This document shows, piece after piece, positions 26,778-41,200 of a stretch of DNA of 64,000 nt. This DNA comes from Hormiphora californensis (lineage: Eukaryota; Animalia; Ctenophora). The notes below the pieces were generated by a model that was not told the DNA's origin, ran no database searches, and saw only the letters and a program-made list of their open reading frames with translations. The position numbers were made by a program, and so were the translations under genes. Where the stretch lies: contig CM035350.1 of NCBI GenBank assembly GCA_020137815.1, positions 4,092,001 through 4,156,000 on the forward strand, written 5' to 3'. How positions within the stretch are numbered: position 1 is the first letter of the stretch; each line of letters starts with the position of its first letter.

Positions 26778-28257
26778 GTGAACTCTAACCATTGAATTTT
26801 AAATCGAAAGGACTATCCAAATTGCCCACAAAAAGGGGCGTATATGTTGAGTTAATGCAATGTATACATTTTTAGATTTAATAATAATAATAAATATATA
26901 CGATAGATTGGATATATGTATATATCTTATTTTTTAGTGTGTATGTGTGTGAAACACGAGTTGACGAGTGAACTCGCCCAGTAATTGCTTTTCGGAGTGT
27001 TCGGCTTGTCCTATGATTTTGATATTAATAAATAATTTTTACTGATTAAATATTCTCGAAAAATAATAATGCAAACTATCTTGTTAGATATTTCGGACAC
27101 CGATTTACCGGGATGGTTGGGAGAAAGGGTTTTGCCTGGTAAATTGGGGTGTAGTGCCCGATATATTGGTGTCAAATACAAGTCTAAAATATAGGTACCA
27201 TCGATACCCAGATTTTGATTTTTGGCAAATGGGCATACGTATGCATACATTTAGGTTGCTAGATTCTGAGCTCAACCGTCAATATTTCAACTTCCTTATT
27301 TATCATCATAAGTGCATTCATCAGTTGTTCACATGCTTTCATTCATGCACACTGTATGTAACAGCTAACCGATATATGCGAATTAGCACATGCCAACTCA
27401 CGGAGTAACGAGTTTAATTATTGCCGGTTTGCCATCATCCTCTCTCTCTAAGTGTCCTGTATACATTGCCTGGTGGAGATTTCTGTACATGTACATGTGT
27501 GTGTGCCGATCGATTACAGTAGACTTGAACATGCAACTACACGACGTGCACAGGGGATACAGACCCCTACACAAATTAGTTTGAGGAGTGAACAGTGAGA
27601 AGAGAGAGATGGAGATGAGAAAGGGAAAAAAGGAAAACAGAGAACTGAGAAGAGATGTATAGTTATGTAGGTTGTTGATAGAGGTGCACAAAGCCGTTAG
27701 ATTTGAGTTTGAGGGAGAAAATATGGGAAATCGACGAAATTGCAATACAAACATTTCGACAGAGAGAACGGGAAAGAAATAGGTTGTACATGCGGGGGAT
27801 TGGAATTATTGTGGAATTATTGTGGAATTATTGGGGAATTGTTGATACAAATTTACAGACAATAGACATCCGGGACATTGATTTACTGTTTACACTGACA
27901 CAGTACAATTGATTTGTACCAAGTGTAAACACTCTCAGACAATTACACATGCAGCATAGTTAACTGTTTTATAATATGTCAGGATAATAATACAGCATGT
28001 TACATTGTTACACCTGACTAGCTCACAGCATCAACAGGGTGTCACTATATCTGTACCTTCTCGCACAAGTAACACTAAATTAAATGCCAGATTTCCATTT
28101 TTATTCTTGAGTTGGATTAAAAATGTTTTAGACCCACAAGGACATTGTCGATGGTTCCTTGTGTGCCGTATATTTCTATTAATTGCCGCTGTTCCCTTCT
28201 CTCCATGCTTCGTATTTTTCACACACAAACAAGCCAATACTAGTGCTCTGTAATTAT

Positions 28258-28792
28258 ATACCTTATTACCGCTATATAACGGAACCTCCTATTAGCGTAC
28301 CTTTAATTAGCATACCTTTAATTAACGAAAATCGGTTTGGGTTAGCAAATTTTGACAAAAAGCACAAATACTGGGTTAAAATGGGGTTAAAATGGTAATT
28401 ATGTTCCTATTGAGATATCAAGAATAATATTCTTTGCAATTGAGCACGGTTGTGAATTTGAGGCAGTTGTTCAAGACCCTTATGCATTTCAGTTACCATT
28501 GGTTCAGGGAGGGTTGGAAATTAAGGTCACTTTTACTGTAAATGGACAGAACATGGGCTTGCCTCATTACAAACTATAATTACTGAAAAGTATTGTTTTA
28601 AGACCCGTATGGACTATGGTCGACATTATATTCAATGACTTGGTTTTATTTTTTTTGCTACTCTAAAAAAAGCAATTTTTAATTAAAGGAACATTAATTT
28701 AGCGGAACCCTAAATTAACGATACCTAAAATTAACGAAATTTTTACTGATTTCGTTAATTAAAGGTTCCGTTATATATCGGTAATAAGGTAT
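28258..28792. mobile_element. Non-autonomous TIR DNA transposon (MITE) carrying a HIRAN-like coding fragment
   Basis: 30-bp inverted repeats at 28258-28287 and 28763-28792 with 1 mismatch. Internal frame 28400-28579 reads YVPIEISRIIFFAIEHG...PLVQGGLEIKVTF. Confidence 0.75.
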
Positions 28793-30316
28793 TCCTGAAT
28801 GGTATGTTTCCGTTTCTTGGTGTGTAACCAGAGAACCCCTTCTCCTGTCGCCCACCCCCTCTGGCCCCCTTCTCCTGTCGCCCACCCTTCTGGTCCCCTC
28901 TCCGAGAGTTCCGTAATTTCTGCAAGTTTTTATCTACTGCAATATATTTATTTATGTTTAGTGTGGGAGACATATATAACAGTTTAGTGTTGTTTAGCTG
29001 TGTGTTTAGTTAGACGTAAAGTTGTGCTGTTGCACCTCCCCCGCGCCCCCCCGCCCCCCCCCCCCTATTATTTTAATTAAAAAAAATAATAGTATGAACA
29101 ATACAAACGTAAAGCTATTGTCCACATGTTTAAATGAACGAGAGAAAGAGAGAGATAGAGATATATAAAAAAAGAGAGAGAAAGAGAGAGAGAGAGTTAA
29201 TTTTTTATCTCATTATTATTATTATACGTGTAATTACAGTATGTACATACATATTAACAGTACATATTATAGATCACGAAGAGAAGAGATGGAGAGAAAG
29301 ATAGAGAAAAGAAGAGAAAAGGATTTAAACACTTTTCAGTGTTCACACCTCTCTCTTGTGTGTATAATAAATCCAAGTGAATTACAGTAAATTATTTTAA
29401 TCTCATCGCCTCTCCTCTCATCCTGGCATTTATCCAGCTGTACTGCAATTCTCACAGAGAGAGAGGTAAAGACAGGGAGAGATAGTACCTTGATTCGTAG
29501 ATGATTTGGTCGAAAGGACGTCAAGCTAGTTTTGACAGAAATCTGTCAAGTCCGGCTTTTGTCAATTCCAGCGTGGTTTGCTCCTTTACGGTCCGGTCGG
29601 TGGTGCAACTGCTGCCAGCTGAGGAAAAGGAATTGTGTACCAACGTCTTAACATATTTGGGCGCTAAGAGAAAGAGAGGTAGAGTGGGAGAGACCTTCAT
29701 ATTCAGCAAGTTAAATATTTTTTGTATTAGTGCACAAAATGGTTGTCGATGGTTAAGCAATGGTCCCCCAGACAGATGATAGTTTTGCAGGCCTTATTAT
29801 CTGCTATGGTATTCGCTGATAGTCCCTTATCTAGCATGTCTCGAGCCCGTTCCAACTTTTCCAACACGCGACACAAATATATCAGCTTGATTGTTCACTG
29901 TTATAATCATAATGGTGAAACAACTAACAGTTCTACGTAGAAAAATGAAAATAATACTTCCCTGGGGCCTGGTGTGTCGGTTAACGCAGATATATATGAA
30001 ATGTGAGGGCGTTGGCTAGAATACCTGGGGTATAGAGTTTCTTAGAAACGATGTGTTTTATCGACCTGTCATTCACCAAATGTAGTACAGGTACCTAAAA
30101 GCATTCTAAACTATTGAGCCAGTATTTATGAACTAATCTCTCTGCATACCTCCTAGAAAGCTAACCCACTATGATCAGTGATCACTGAATACAGGGATCC
30201 CACAAACCCAGGAAGTAATATGAAATCCTTGTTTCCCAACTAAAATCCCTAAACCCAGCTGATATATATATAAGTTGTTCCTAACCCCCGCCTGTTTCCC
30301 AGTAGTAGTTTTCAAG

Positions 30317-31465
30317 ATGGGAATCCTAGAAAAGATAGCAGAGATTGAGGCTGAGATGGCCCGGACTCAGAAGAACAAGGCCACGGAGTATCATCTGGGA
30401 ACACTGAAGGCCAAACTAGCCAAATACCGAGCACAACTCCTTGAGCCCACCGGAAAGGGTGCCAAGGGGGAGGGCTTTGATGTGATGAAATCTGGGGACG
30501 CCAGGGTGGCTCTAATTGGATTCCCTTCCGTTGGAAAATCCACCCTTCTCTCGACCATTACCAAAACAGAGAGTGAGTGTGCGAGTTACGAATTCACCAC
30601 GCTCACTTGTATCCCGGGGGTGATTGAGCACAATGGATCCCGAATACAGCTGCTGGATCTCCCCGGGATTATTGAGGGGGCTGCACAGGGTAAAGGAAGG
30701 GGACGGCAGGTTATTGCTGTGGCCCGGACCGCTGATTTGGTTCTTATGATGCTGGACGCCACAAAGGGAGACAAACAACGCGAGTTGCTGACCTACGAGC
30801 TGGAGAGTGTTGGAATTAGGCTCAACAAGCGGAGACCTAACGTCTACTTCAAAAAGAAAACAACCGGGGGAGTTAAGTTTACCACTACGGTCCCACTGAC
30901 CAAGATAAACGAGAGGACGGTTAATTGTGTCCTCCACGAGTACAAGTTGTTTAATTGTGAGCTGCTTATCAGGGAGGACATTACCCTGGATGAATTGGTT
31001 GATGTTATTGATGGTAGCAGGGTCTATCTAAACTGCCTCTACTGCTACAACAAGATTGATATCGTCTCACTGGAGGAGGTCGACAGGATAGCCCGGGAAC
31101 CCCATCAAGTTGTGATCAGTTGCAACGCTGAACTAAACCTCGACTATCTCATTGAGATGATTTGGGAATATTTGGAACTCATCCAGGTTTACACCAAGAA
31201 ACGAGGATTTGCACCTGATTTCTCGGAGGGTATTGTGATGAGGAAGAATGCGACGGTGGAGGATGTTTGTCACAAGATTCACCGGACCATGGCAGACAGT
31301 TTTAAGTATGGAATGGTATGGGGTACGAGTGTAAAGTTCAGCCCCCAGAGAGTTGGGGCATCACATAAGATGCATCACGATGATGTTCTTCAAATTGTGA
31401 AAAAAGTTTTACAAATTTTTTTTAATAGTAAATTTGTTAATTTATTTGTTAAAATTTGCATGTGA
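30317..31465 (+). CDS. DRG2: Developmentally regulated GTP-binding protein 2 (OBG family), intronless CDS
   Basis: MGILEKIAEIEAEMARTQKNKATEYHLG, GFPSVGKS, YEFTTLTCIPG, DLPGIIEGAAQGKGRGRQV, NKID and a TGS domain ending DVLQIVKK. The true stop is probably near 31405, where sequence quality collapses. Confidence 0.96.
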   Translation: MGILEKIAEIEAEMARTQKNKATEYHLGTLKAKLAKYRAQLLEPTGKGAKGEGFDVMKSGDARVALIGFPSVGKSTLLSTITKTESECASYEFTTLTCIPGVIEHNGSRIQLLDLPGIIEGAAQGKGRGRQVIAVARTADLVLMMLDATKGDKQRELLTYELESVGIRLNKRRPNVYFKKKTTGGVKFTTTVPLTKINERTVNCVLHEYKLFNCELLIREDITLDELVDVIDGSRVYLNCLYCYNKIDIVSLEEVDRIAREPHQVVISCNAELNLDYLIEMIWEYLELIQVYTKKRGFAPDFSEGIVMRKNATVEDVCHKIHRTMADSFKYGMVWGTSVKFSPQRVGASHKMHHDDVLQIVKKVLQIFFNSKFVNLFVKICM

Positions 31466-33542
31466 ACAATTAACTTTGAGCAAAGGGTCTTTTAATTTTA
31501 ATTAAGGTATCCCTCCGCAATGTTGAACCCCTCCCCAATTCCCTATTAGCTTGGACTGGCGAACGAGTAATGGTGGTGGGGAAATCCCCCAAAAGCAACC
31601 CCAAGATGGATAAGGATCCCCCCCCCCCTTTCCTTTCTCTTGTGTAATAGATTGGGCCTAGGGGGGGTTCAAGTCTGCTGCAAGCTCATAGCCAGCCCTG
31701 GGGACGGCGGGGGAACCCTTTATGGAAGTGTGTGGTTGCCCCAAAGGTGGGCCCCTTCGCGCTTCTTCTCATTGGTCCCTCGGGAAAACATCCGTTGCAA
31801 GAGTGGCTTTTTTACCCCCCCCATGCAAAGTGCTTCCTTTCCCCTGTCTTATCACCCCAAACCCCCTCTCTTCCACCCCTTTAATTTTTATCTTTTAAAT
31901 TTTTTCTTGCCGATACCTTATTAGCGGAGGTTAACCATTTTTCCCCTTCGGAATGAGCCCTCCCCTTCCTTTCCGCCCAATCCCTGCCAACCTTACGTTT
32001 TTTTTAAAATCCCACGGCGTAATACCCCGTAATGCCGATATTAACTTAAATTCTTTCCATAATCCGTTCTTTTTTTCCCCCTTAATATTATTCGTTTTAT
32101 CCATTCCACTGGAAATGGTAATATTCCAGTTGTTTCTTAGGAAAATTTCCATCTCGATGTCCAAAATTTCCCGTTTTTTTAGGGTTAAAACTCGGTGTGT
32201 TCCATTTCTGTGAGGACCAGTTGCTTGTGTATTTGATTCCCCCTTGTTTTTAACCCACCCTATCGAGTATTTCTGGCCCTCTTCTTCTCGACCCCCCATG
32301 GATTTCACAATCTCCCATTTCTACCCTTTTCTCCTCTCCTCTCTCTCCTCTCTCTTCCGCTCTCCCCTCTTTTCCCTTCTCTCTCTCCCCCATCTCCTCT
32401 CTCTCCTCTCTCCCCCTCTTTTCCTTCCCTCTTTTTCTTTCCCTTTTTTTCCCCCCCTTTTTTTTTCCCCCTTTCTTTTTTTTCCCCCTTTTTTTTTTTT
32501 TTTTAAAAAATTTTTTCCCCCCCCCTTTTTTCCCTTTTTTTTTTTTTTTTCCCCCCTTTTTAGTCTTTTGGCCGGGTTTTTCCTTTTTTGGGGGGTTTTT
32601 TTGGGGGTTTTAATTTTCGGGCCGGGGTGATTTTTTCCTTTTAAAATCTCCCCCCCCTTTTTGGGGTTTTATTTTGCCAGTTTTGGGGGGGCCCTTTTTT
32701 TCCCGTTTTTTCTCCTCTTCTTTTTTTCCCCCCCCCTTATCCCCCTTGGGGTTTCCCCCCTTTTGGGGGCTCCCTTTTTCTTTTTTTCGCGGGGCCGGGG
32801 TTTTTCCCCCTTCTTCGTTTTTTTGGGTTTTTTTTTCTTTTGGTTTGGGGGGGGCCTTCTCTTCCTTTTCCCCCTTTTCTAGCAAAATTCCAAGCTTTGT
32901 AGGGTTCCCCGATTTGCTTTTGGGTTTTCCCGTTGCAATATTCCGGTGGGTTTCGTCATAAGCAGGACGAAAAAATGGGCATCTTTTTTATTATGCTACG
33001 TACCTTTTCCCTGCAGGAGAGAAAGGAGGAGAGAGAGACTCGTTAGTTAGTAACCATCTCTCTCTCTTACTCACTTTGCCTCACCTTTCCCTTGTTCTCA
33101 CATACTCAACTCCATTACTTATTTTGCTTCTCTCTCTCACTATAATTTTTTGTACTTATTTTTTTTTTTTCTCTCCTCTCTCCCCTTTTCTTCCCCTCTC
33201 TTCTCTTTTCGTCTCTCCCCTCTTTCCCTTTCCCCCTCCCCCCCCCCTTTCTCTCTCTCCTCTCTTCTCTCTCTTTCCCCCCCGCCGCCACTCCCGCGGG
33301 GGCCCTGCTTTTCCTTTATAACTCAGCGGCTTTTTGAGTGTGAAAATTAATTATTGCAGCGAAAGATTTTTTTCAGCTGCCCATCAAAGAAGCGGAGGTA
33401 AAGTGAGAAAGTGAGTAGGAGAGGGGATGGGGATGGCGGAGTAGCTTGGTGGCTGTACAACCGCAACCCACTTCGCACTTCTGTTCTTGATTCTTAGGTC
33501 ACTCTAGCTCTCTCTCTCCACCTTTCTCTCTCTCTCTCTCTC

Positions 33543-33599
<57 letters not shown>

Positions 33600-36225
33600 T
33601 CTATCTTTTCTCTCTCTTTCCCTGCACGGGAGAGTAAAAGATGAGAGAGGTACGATCAACTGCTCTATAGAGCGCAAAGCGCTTCGATTATTTGCGTTGA
33701 CCAAAAATAGTATCACAGCTCTTCTTGTGCCCCCTATCTCTCTCTATCTTTCTCCTTAGGATTATTGACATTGGCCATCTTCCCCTCTTTACTTCTGTTG
33801 ACATAACACCCAGCGGTTGTTTAGTTGCATTGGAGTTGTTTAGTTGCATTGCAGTCAAAGTTAGAACGGATCTCATTCTCAGGTCCATTCTGAGCGACCC
33901 GATCGTCTGCACGGGAGCCTTGCATGTTGTTTGTAGGTTTAGGAGTTCCTGTTTACATATATCTAAGATCATTATATAGATATGCAATATATCCCCTCTT
34001 CGAAACATGGAGCGTGATTCTCTATTATGATTTCAGAATTTATAATTCACCTATCTTCATTTTTATCCTGCTTTCTGTAGGACGGAATAATGTTACTTTC
34101 ACTATCTACCTCCCCACTCTCTCTCTCTAACTATCTCTCTCTCATTCCAATATTCTCTACCAATTTGTGGTATCAAATCCATCACGTAAATGATATTCAG
34201 GCGGGCAGAAGGGATCATTAGTTAGGATGGCCGCACTATAACGAGCATTCTGCATAACTCTCGATATCTCTTGATACCCCCGGGTTAATTATTACGTCAT
34301 ATATAATGTTGTCATAGTTTTTTGTTTAGGACAAACAATGCATTCCTTAATCCTGTCAGAGCGGTCTAGAATTAACTTGGGATACGTCATTATATGTGAT
34401 AGCTACTTCTCAGTTCCTTGTCTCTCTATAATTGTGTCACAATTGACATAGATGACGCCATCTTGCCAGAGGGGGGGGGGTCTATTCTCTCTCTATCTCT
34501 CTCTTTCTCTCTCTCAATCCATTCCTACGGATGAATTATTAAAAGGGGGCCCTCATAGTAGTTGTGGGCGATGAGTAATTTATGCAGTAGTAGTAGTTGT
34601 ACAAGGTGTGAGTGAATAAGAGTGTACAGATGTATGCATTATAATATATGTGCGTGCGGAGTATGTGAGATTGAGAGAGAGAGGGAGAAAGATAGAGAGA
34701 TAGAAAGATAGAGAGACAGGGTGTCTAGACACGCTGTACTGAGCAAACAGAGACGCACATGTATGTCTGTTACTACATCGCATCAGTTAAAGAAACACCC
34801 TGCTCAGTGCTCTCTCCTAACTTGGCGCTTAACTTGGCGCTTGCTTTGCCCAGATTCTCTCTCTCCCTTGCCTTGTTGACCATTATAATCTCTCTCCCTT
34901 TTACCCCTCTCTCTCCCCTTTTTACTCTCCTACTGCAACACACATTAGCTCTCACAACACCTCTTTGCTTGAAACATCGCCAGTAGTGTGTTATATAGTC
35001 CGCAAACGCCTGTTGTCTGTTATCGGTGAATCAAAATACGGCTTCCACCCTTTCTGATCACATGACAATTAGCCCACACTGCACGTGACATGTATTACAG
35101 GGTGTCTCAGCTGTGTCTCAGCTGCACGTGCTCCGGCTTTACCATGTGTTATTTGGTGCATGTTGGAAATGTTAGCGATTGTTCAGCAAATTTAGATCTT
35201 GCTCCTTCTATAATTTCTGCATTTATATCTCTCGCCGTATTCCTTCATATTCCCCTCTCTCTCCTTGCCACATGAACTGCATATACGGGGGGTTTATCTT
35301 TTTATTCTTATTCACACCTTCTGCAACTGTCTTTCTTCACATATATTTCTCGACGTGCAACCCTGCTCCTCAGTCCTCTCTGGACAAGTTCATTTTTCGT
35401 TCCTCTCTTCCTATTTTCTTTTGACCCGTTTTCTGTAAGTATTCGATTTTCTGCACTGGTCGAGCCTATTTCCCCTATATTTTCTCAATATATATCGCCT
35501 GATTCCCTCTGGCTATACTCTCAGTTCTCTCCCCCTTCTCTCCTCCTTCTCTCTCCCTTCCTATTAGCGAAGTGAAGTCACGAGTGAAAATATTTGTAAT
35601 CAGAAGTGCCCTAGTAGAACTCGACCCTCCCTTATTACTGATAAATAAATCGCCCATAAACTGCAATTATTATCACTAGACAATGCGTCACATTATATGC
35701 AGAGTAAATTCTGGAACAAATGGGTATCCAATATTTCCCCACGTTTCCTCTTTATGTGTGAGTACCTATGTTGAGACCTAGTTAGTGCGTCTTTGTTTGA
35801 GGAGTCCATGTAACTCGCTTCCCCTTTTCAATCCCCCTTTTCAATCCCTAATCCCTATTCCCACGACTAGTATATAATTCACTCGGTTACTTTGACTGAT
35901 ATTATATGTCGTTGATATATTCCCCCTAATAGATCTTTTGTTAGAGTATGAGCCCTAATTATATTCGTGATCTACGATAATTCTAACTCTACTACTGTCC
36001 AAAGATTTTCTTAACTTTATTGCTATACTACTCAAAATAATTTTTGAACTATCTGTAATCTGCAACTGCACTAAAAATATATGCTCGTAAATCCCATCTT
36101 TACAGTCTTCTTTTCCTGGTCTGTGTATTTCTCTTGAGAGTCTTGGCTTTTAACCGTCTCTCTTCCCCGTTTCAAATCTGTATCTTTTTTACTCTTTTTA
36201 TCCCCCTCTCTTTTCCTCGATCACA

Positions 36226-36311
<86 letters not shown>

Positions 36312-38264
36312 ATCGTTCCGTGCCTGATGATGTTGATGATTGTAGCCTAGTAAGCAAGCGAATAAAATGGTAATGGATATCTCCATCTTTGATCTGTTCC
36401 CTATTACTATCTCTACGTCCTCTCTTTCTTTATCCAACCACCTTTCTCTCTCTCTCTTTATCCTAGCTCTATCTTCTTGTTTCTTTATGTTTGTGCGTAT
36501 GCAGGTTAAAAGAGACAACTCTTCCTTCCTATCTTTTTCATTGTCTCTCATTTTTGCCCTCTCTCTCTATCTATCTTCCGCTCGCTCCCTTTCTGTTTGG
36601 CTGCAGCTGAGGCCCTGGACGACGCGTTCCTGTAAATGGTGCTTGCACCGCTCAACAGGATATACAATTCTCCTGCGCCCCACCACTGAGAACGAGATGG
36701 AGAGAGAAAAAGAGACGGAGCGAGGAGAGAGAGACTAGAGAGAAATTGCGGGCTGGTGAATACTGAATATGCAATAGTGAGTGTATACCCCAATGTCTAA
36801 GCCTCCTTCACTTCCTTGCTTTCCTATGCCACGCCTCTATTAGGTGGGTACACCTCCCTCAGCTATGTTGCACTCCTTGACCACCCTAGATCGCTTACCA
36901 CTCTCTCTTTATCTCTCTCTCTCGCTCTCTCTGTTTTCTAAATCTTTCGGATCTTAGATTGTTCAGGCCAGTGGGCAGTGAGAGCCGCAACTGAACTCCA
37001 GCCTGTCCTCTGTTTAGCACTGGAGATCCTGCAAAGAAGAGAGAGAGAGAGAGAGGGAAAGAGATAGAGAGATAGAAGGAAACTGTAGTGTGCTTCGTAC
37101 AGTAGGATATATTCAACTAACAACGTATACCACAAGTCCTGCTCCTAAGCATGAGAACTACCCCCGCCTGCCTGTCTGACTACTCAGTGATACTGCTCTG
37201 TTTTTTCCGTGAGCTAATTTTTCTGATGATGTGATCTTGCTTCTTGACCTTCTCCCACAGCTTTTCTCTCTCTCTCACTCTCCTCCCCTCTCCTGCAATC
37301 ATGGATTTCCAAGTATTATATTACTCAGTGTGTTTATTTGCATGTACGATTTTCCTGAGTGCTTAAACAGCTTGGTTGTTTAATTTGTGCATAGCTTTGT
37401 AGCGGATCTAGACACGCACGTGTCCGGCAGAAAGAGATAGAGATAGAGATAGAGAGAGTGAGAGAGCGAGAAGGAGAGAGAGGGAAGGAGGTGAAGGAGA
37501 CAATGTAGATAGCGAGAAGAAAGGTACTATTTCAGAATCATTTCAGTCTGGTAGATGGTTTGGTGAAGGCGGTTAGTGTGACTGACTTTGATAACGGGGG
37601 CGTCTGGTTTCACCGTGTCGCAAATAACGTTACTGACTGTCTTATTGTACTCTCTATCTCTCTATCTCTCTCCCTCTCTTTCTCTCTCTCTCTCTCTCTT
37701 TCTCTCTTTCTCTCCCCCTCTCTCTTTCTCTCGCTCTCTCTGTCTCTCTCTAACCCTCCCTAACCCTCCCGCCGGTGGTCTTGACTACTGTGTCTCCCTT
37801 CTCCTTATTTCGTGTGTTTTGTCATCTTTTAAAATAGCAACCGAGTTGATTAATTGAGTGCCTTCCTACCCATCTGATGCATAGATATGTGTATGGAGAG
37901 AGAGGGAACACACTTACATATGACTTGACTTCTCTCGCCCTTTCTGTCTCTCGTGCTCCCCTTCTCTATTATTTATCTCTCTCTAGCTCTTGTTGCTCTT
38001 GTACCATCAGCGTCGTTAGTCTATTGCTATCTTTCTCTCCCTCTCTCTCTGCTATCTATGTATCTATCTCTGTCTTTCTATCTCTTACCTCTCAATGTGT
38101 AAGTGCATATATATGCTGATGCTAATTGTCCCCTTGTCGCATCTTCCTTCCCTCTCTCTCTCTCAACTCCCTAATCCCCACTTTGTGTATTCGCGTTGTA
38201 TAATATGAAACTCAAAAGTCAAACGACCCTTTACTTGTAGCAGCAGCAGTAGCGTTTGACAGGA

Positions 38265-41200
38265 ATGTACAATGCGGAATCACCATGCTTCCCCCGCTGT
38301 ACCGTCAACGCTTCATATCTCTCCCGCTCCCAGGGCTCCGCCACCAGGCGGTCCGTTCAGAGAGTCCAGGCCTCAAGTTACAAGATGGAGGAGACTCCCC
38401 TGATCAAGGTCCGGCAACAACTTAACGACCAGGCACGGAAGGAACGGAAACGTCTAAGTAGTGGCGGGAAAAGTGGGGTTTACGAGTATCGAGTGGACTC
38501 CAATCGTATGGCGGAGTTAGCGCTAGATAAATCACCCGAGTCCCTGAAACCACTCCTACGAAAGGAGATGTCCCTCAGTCAGATTCTAAGCAGCAATCTC
38601 TTCTCCGCGGGGAGTATTCCCAGTAACCGAGAGATAGAAGAAGTTGTGGATACGATCCGGAGATTTCGCAGCAGGAGCACATCTGAGGATAGCCAGCAGG
38701 GGTGTTCCACGGCAAGGACGGGCAGACGGCACAGTGACGTCACGGATCTCAGGTCTAGTAAGAGGAGCATCAGGGATGGGCCTAGCCGATATAGGGACAG
38801 GAGTTCATCACTAGGACATGAGAGGAGAAGGGGCAGTGGTGACCGGTGTAACACCAGGCTACCTGGCCTCTCAGAGGAAGATGACTCAGGATCCTTGTCT
38901 GTTGATCTGGAGGGTGGTCCATCGATGTCCTCCGTGGAGCAGAGTCCCTCGCCTGACATCATGTCCCCAGAGATACCCCTGCTATCAGACATCTCGTCAT
39001 GTACCTCACCCGATCACCTACCCCAGTATGAGAAGCCCCTGCCTTCCATCCTCCTCTCGCCCAGCCCCTCGCGGGTATCTCCCGTTTCCTGGGAGGCAGA
39101 GTCCCCCGAGCCCTCTCCAGCACCCTCTCCTACCCCTGTTTCGCCACTTTCCTTCATGGATTCAATCAGCAGTCCGGAGCTCTCCCCTGCTCCCTCGCCC
39201 ATCCCATCACCACACTCACCGGACCGGGCGGAACCCTTTCGGTTACTCTCCTCCCGGTCCGTAGAGGGTCTACCACAAATAGGATTCAGTGTCCGGAACC
39301 CAACATTTCCCCGGTCATCCTCACCCCCGCAGCTAGCGGAAGACCTTGTTCTTCACCATACACTGCTACGGAGAAGTAAGCACAGACACCGGAGGTGTAG
39401 CCAGCCATGGCCGTGTTTAGGCCACCGGAATAGTGTCACTGAACAACAGGGCATGCTGCACGGTACCCATCCCAGGGCAGACCTCTGCTTGATCTCGTGC
39501 CCCGGTAATCACCCTCCCGTGTCCTACCTGAGCGCCTCGAAACGCTCAATGCACGTGCATCACGTCCCTTTCCCCCAGCGAGAGGAGGACGAGGAAGAGG
39601 ACGAGGTGTTTGCTCCTGATCATGCCACAATGACTGAAGCCCTACAGTCTGTCCTCAGTAAAAGTGAGGGGTTTGTGCTTAACAAGGATCTCCCAGACAA
39701 AGACCAACAACGCGGCACGATGGAAAAGTCTCTGGATTTTGAAACTCTCACAGTGGCACCCTCGTTAGTTTTAGATGGTAACGGTAAACGGGATTCGGGG
39801 TACGGAGACTCAACTTCAACATCGCGGGAGGCTCTTCACTCAACAAAGTCGAGTTCGTCTCTCCTGTCACGGTTAAAACCCCTGCTACATTTAGGTAAAA
39901 AGAAACAGCCCCCTGTTATAGATGAGAGCAACCCTTTTCACCGGATTTTTGAGGAGAGGCCACTATCCGAACTGCGGAAATCACTTGATAGTCTGATAGC
40001 AGAAAGAGGAAGATCTTCCCTTCCTGGTATAAAAACCCTACCCCCTCCTGCCGCTACAGCTGCTGCCCACAAATCGCCAGACTGTAAATTTCCGGACTGC
40101 AAATCTCCTGAATATCACCCAAGTGATGAGATAATGATGGAGGAGTTTGATTCGTTATTTGGATCGCTCAGCTCCTCCCAACAGGTCTCTCCGCCAGAGG
40201 TTGCTATTGGTGATGATGTGGCTGGTGGAAGTGACGATGAGGAAGAATTTAGAATATCACCCCTACCACTTGATTCTTGTTTTGATGAAGGGGATACGGC
40301 GCTGCCCATTATACCCAGTATATGTCGGCAGAATAGCTTAGAGTTTAATTTACGAGAAGGTAAAAACAATTCCTGATCGCGCCGCGAGTATTATATTCAT
40401 TTCCACACCGATATCGCTGTTCCGTCTGTGCGTTGACTTAGTTAAAAACATGCAGTGGATGTTTTAAATTTCTCATACCACACTATTTTCAGAGAGTTTC
40501 TCGCTCCAAGACATCCAGGAGATTCTGGACAGTGTAGAAGTAACAAGCTCCCTAGTTACGGGCCACAATAAGGTATGCACGATAGTATCTCTCAGGAGTC
40601 AGGGGTGGTGCAGGGAGAGGGAGAGAGAGAGAATGAGAGAAATGGAGGGGAGAAAGAGAGGAAGAGAGGGGGGGAAGAGAGAGGGGAGAGACAGAGAGAG
40701 AGTGTGGAGGAATTTAAATAGCTCTACGAGACACTATACTTGTTCACACATTATAAAAGTAGGAATGCTATGAGGTGTGATATTCACACGCAACCCCCAA
40801 TCTCCCCTGACTCCACCCCCCATCTCCAACTTCCCTGACTCCACCCTCTCCCATCAGGTCCACAACCTGCTCCAAAGTCGACTGACGGTGTCCCTGGGTG
40901 CAATCTATGAGACACTCAGGAGTTGTGCCATTCCGGACAAGGGAGATAATGCGAGGGAGTTACTGGAAAATGTGAGTAGCAGCCTGGATCTCACTGTCTA
41001 TATCTCCCTCTTTATCCATCTTTTATATCTCTCCATATTATGTTCCCGGCTAGGTTCTAAAGCCCACACATATAATAATATTTACAGACCTAGTATGTAT
41101 TACTTTTTTCAGTATGCAGATTTGCTAGCCAACACCTCTCTGCTTGCCTTTCCTTTCTCCCTCTATCTCTATGTTTCCTCACATTCTTTTATCTCACCCG

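Noticed and set aside
31400-33350. C-terminal extension of DRG2 and several low-complexity ORFs
   Set aside because: Sequence quality collapses exactly at the expected DRG2 end (QIVKK), so the extension is probably an artefact.
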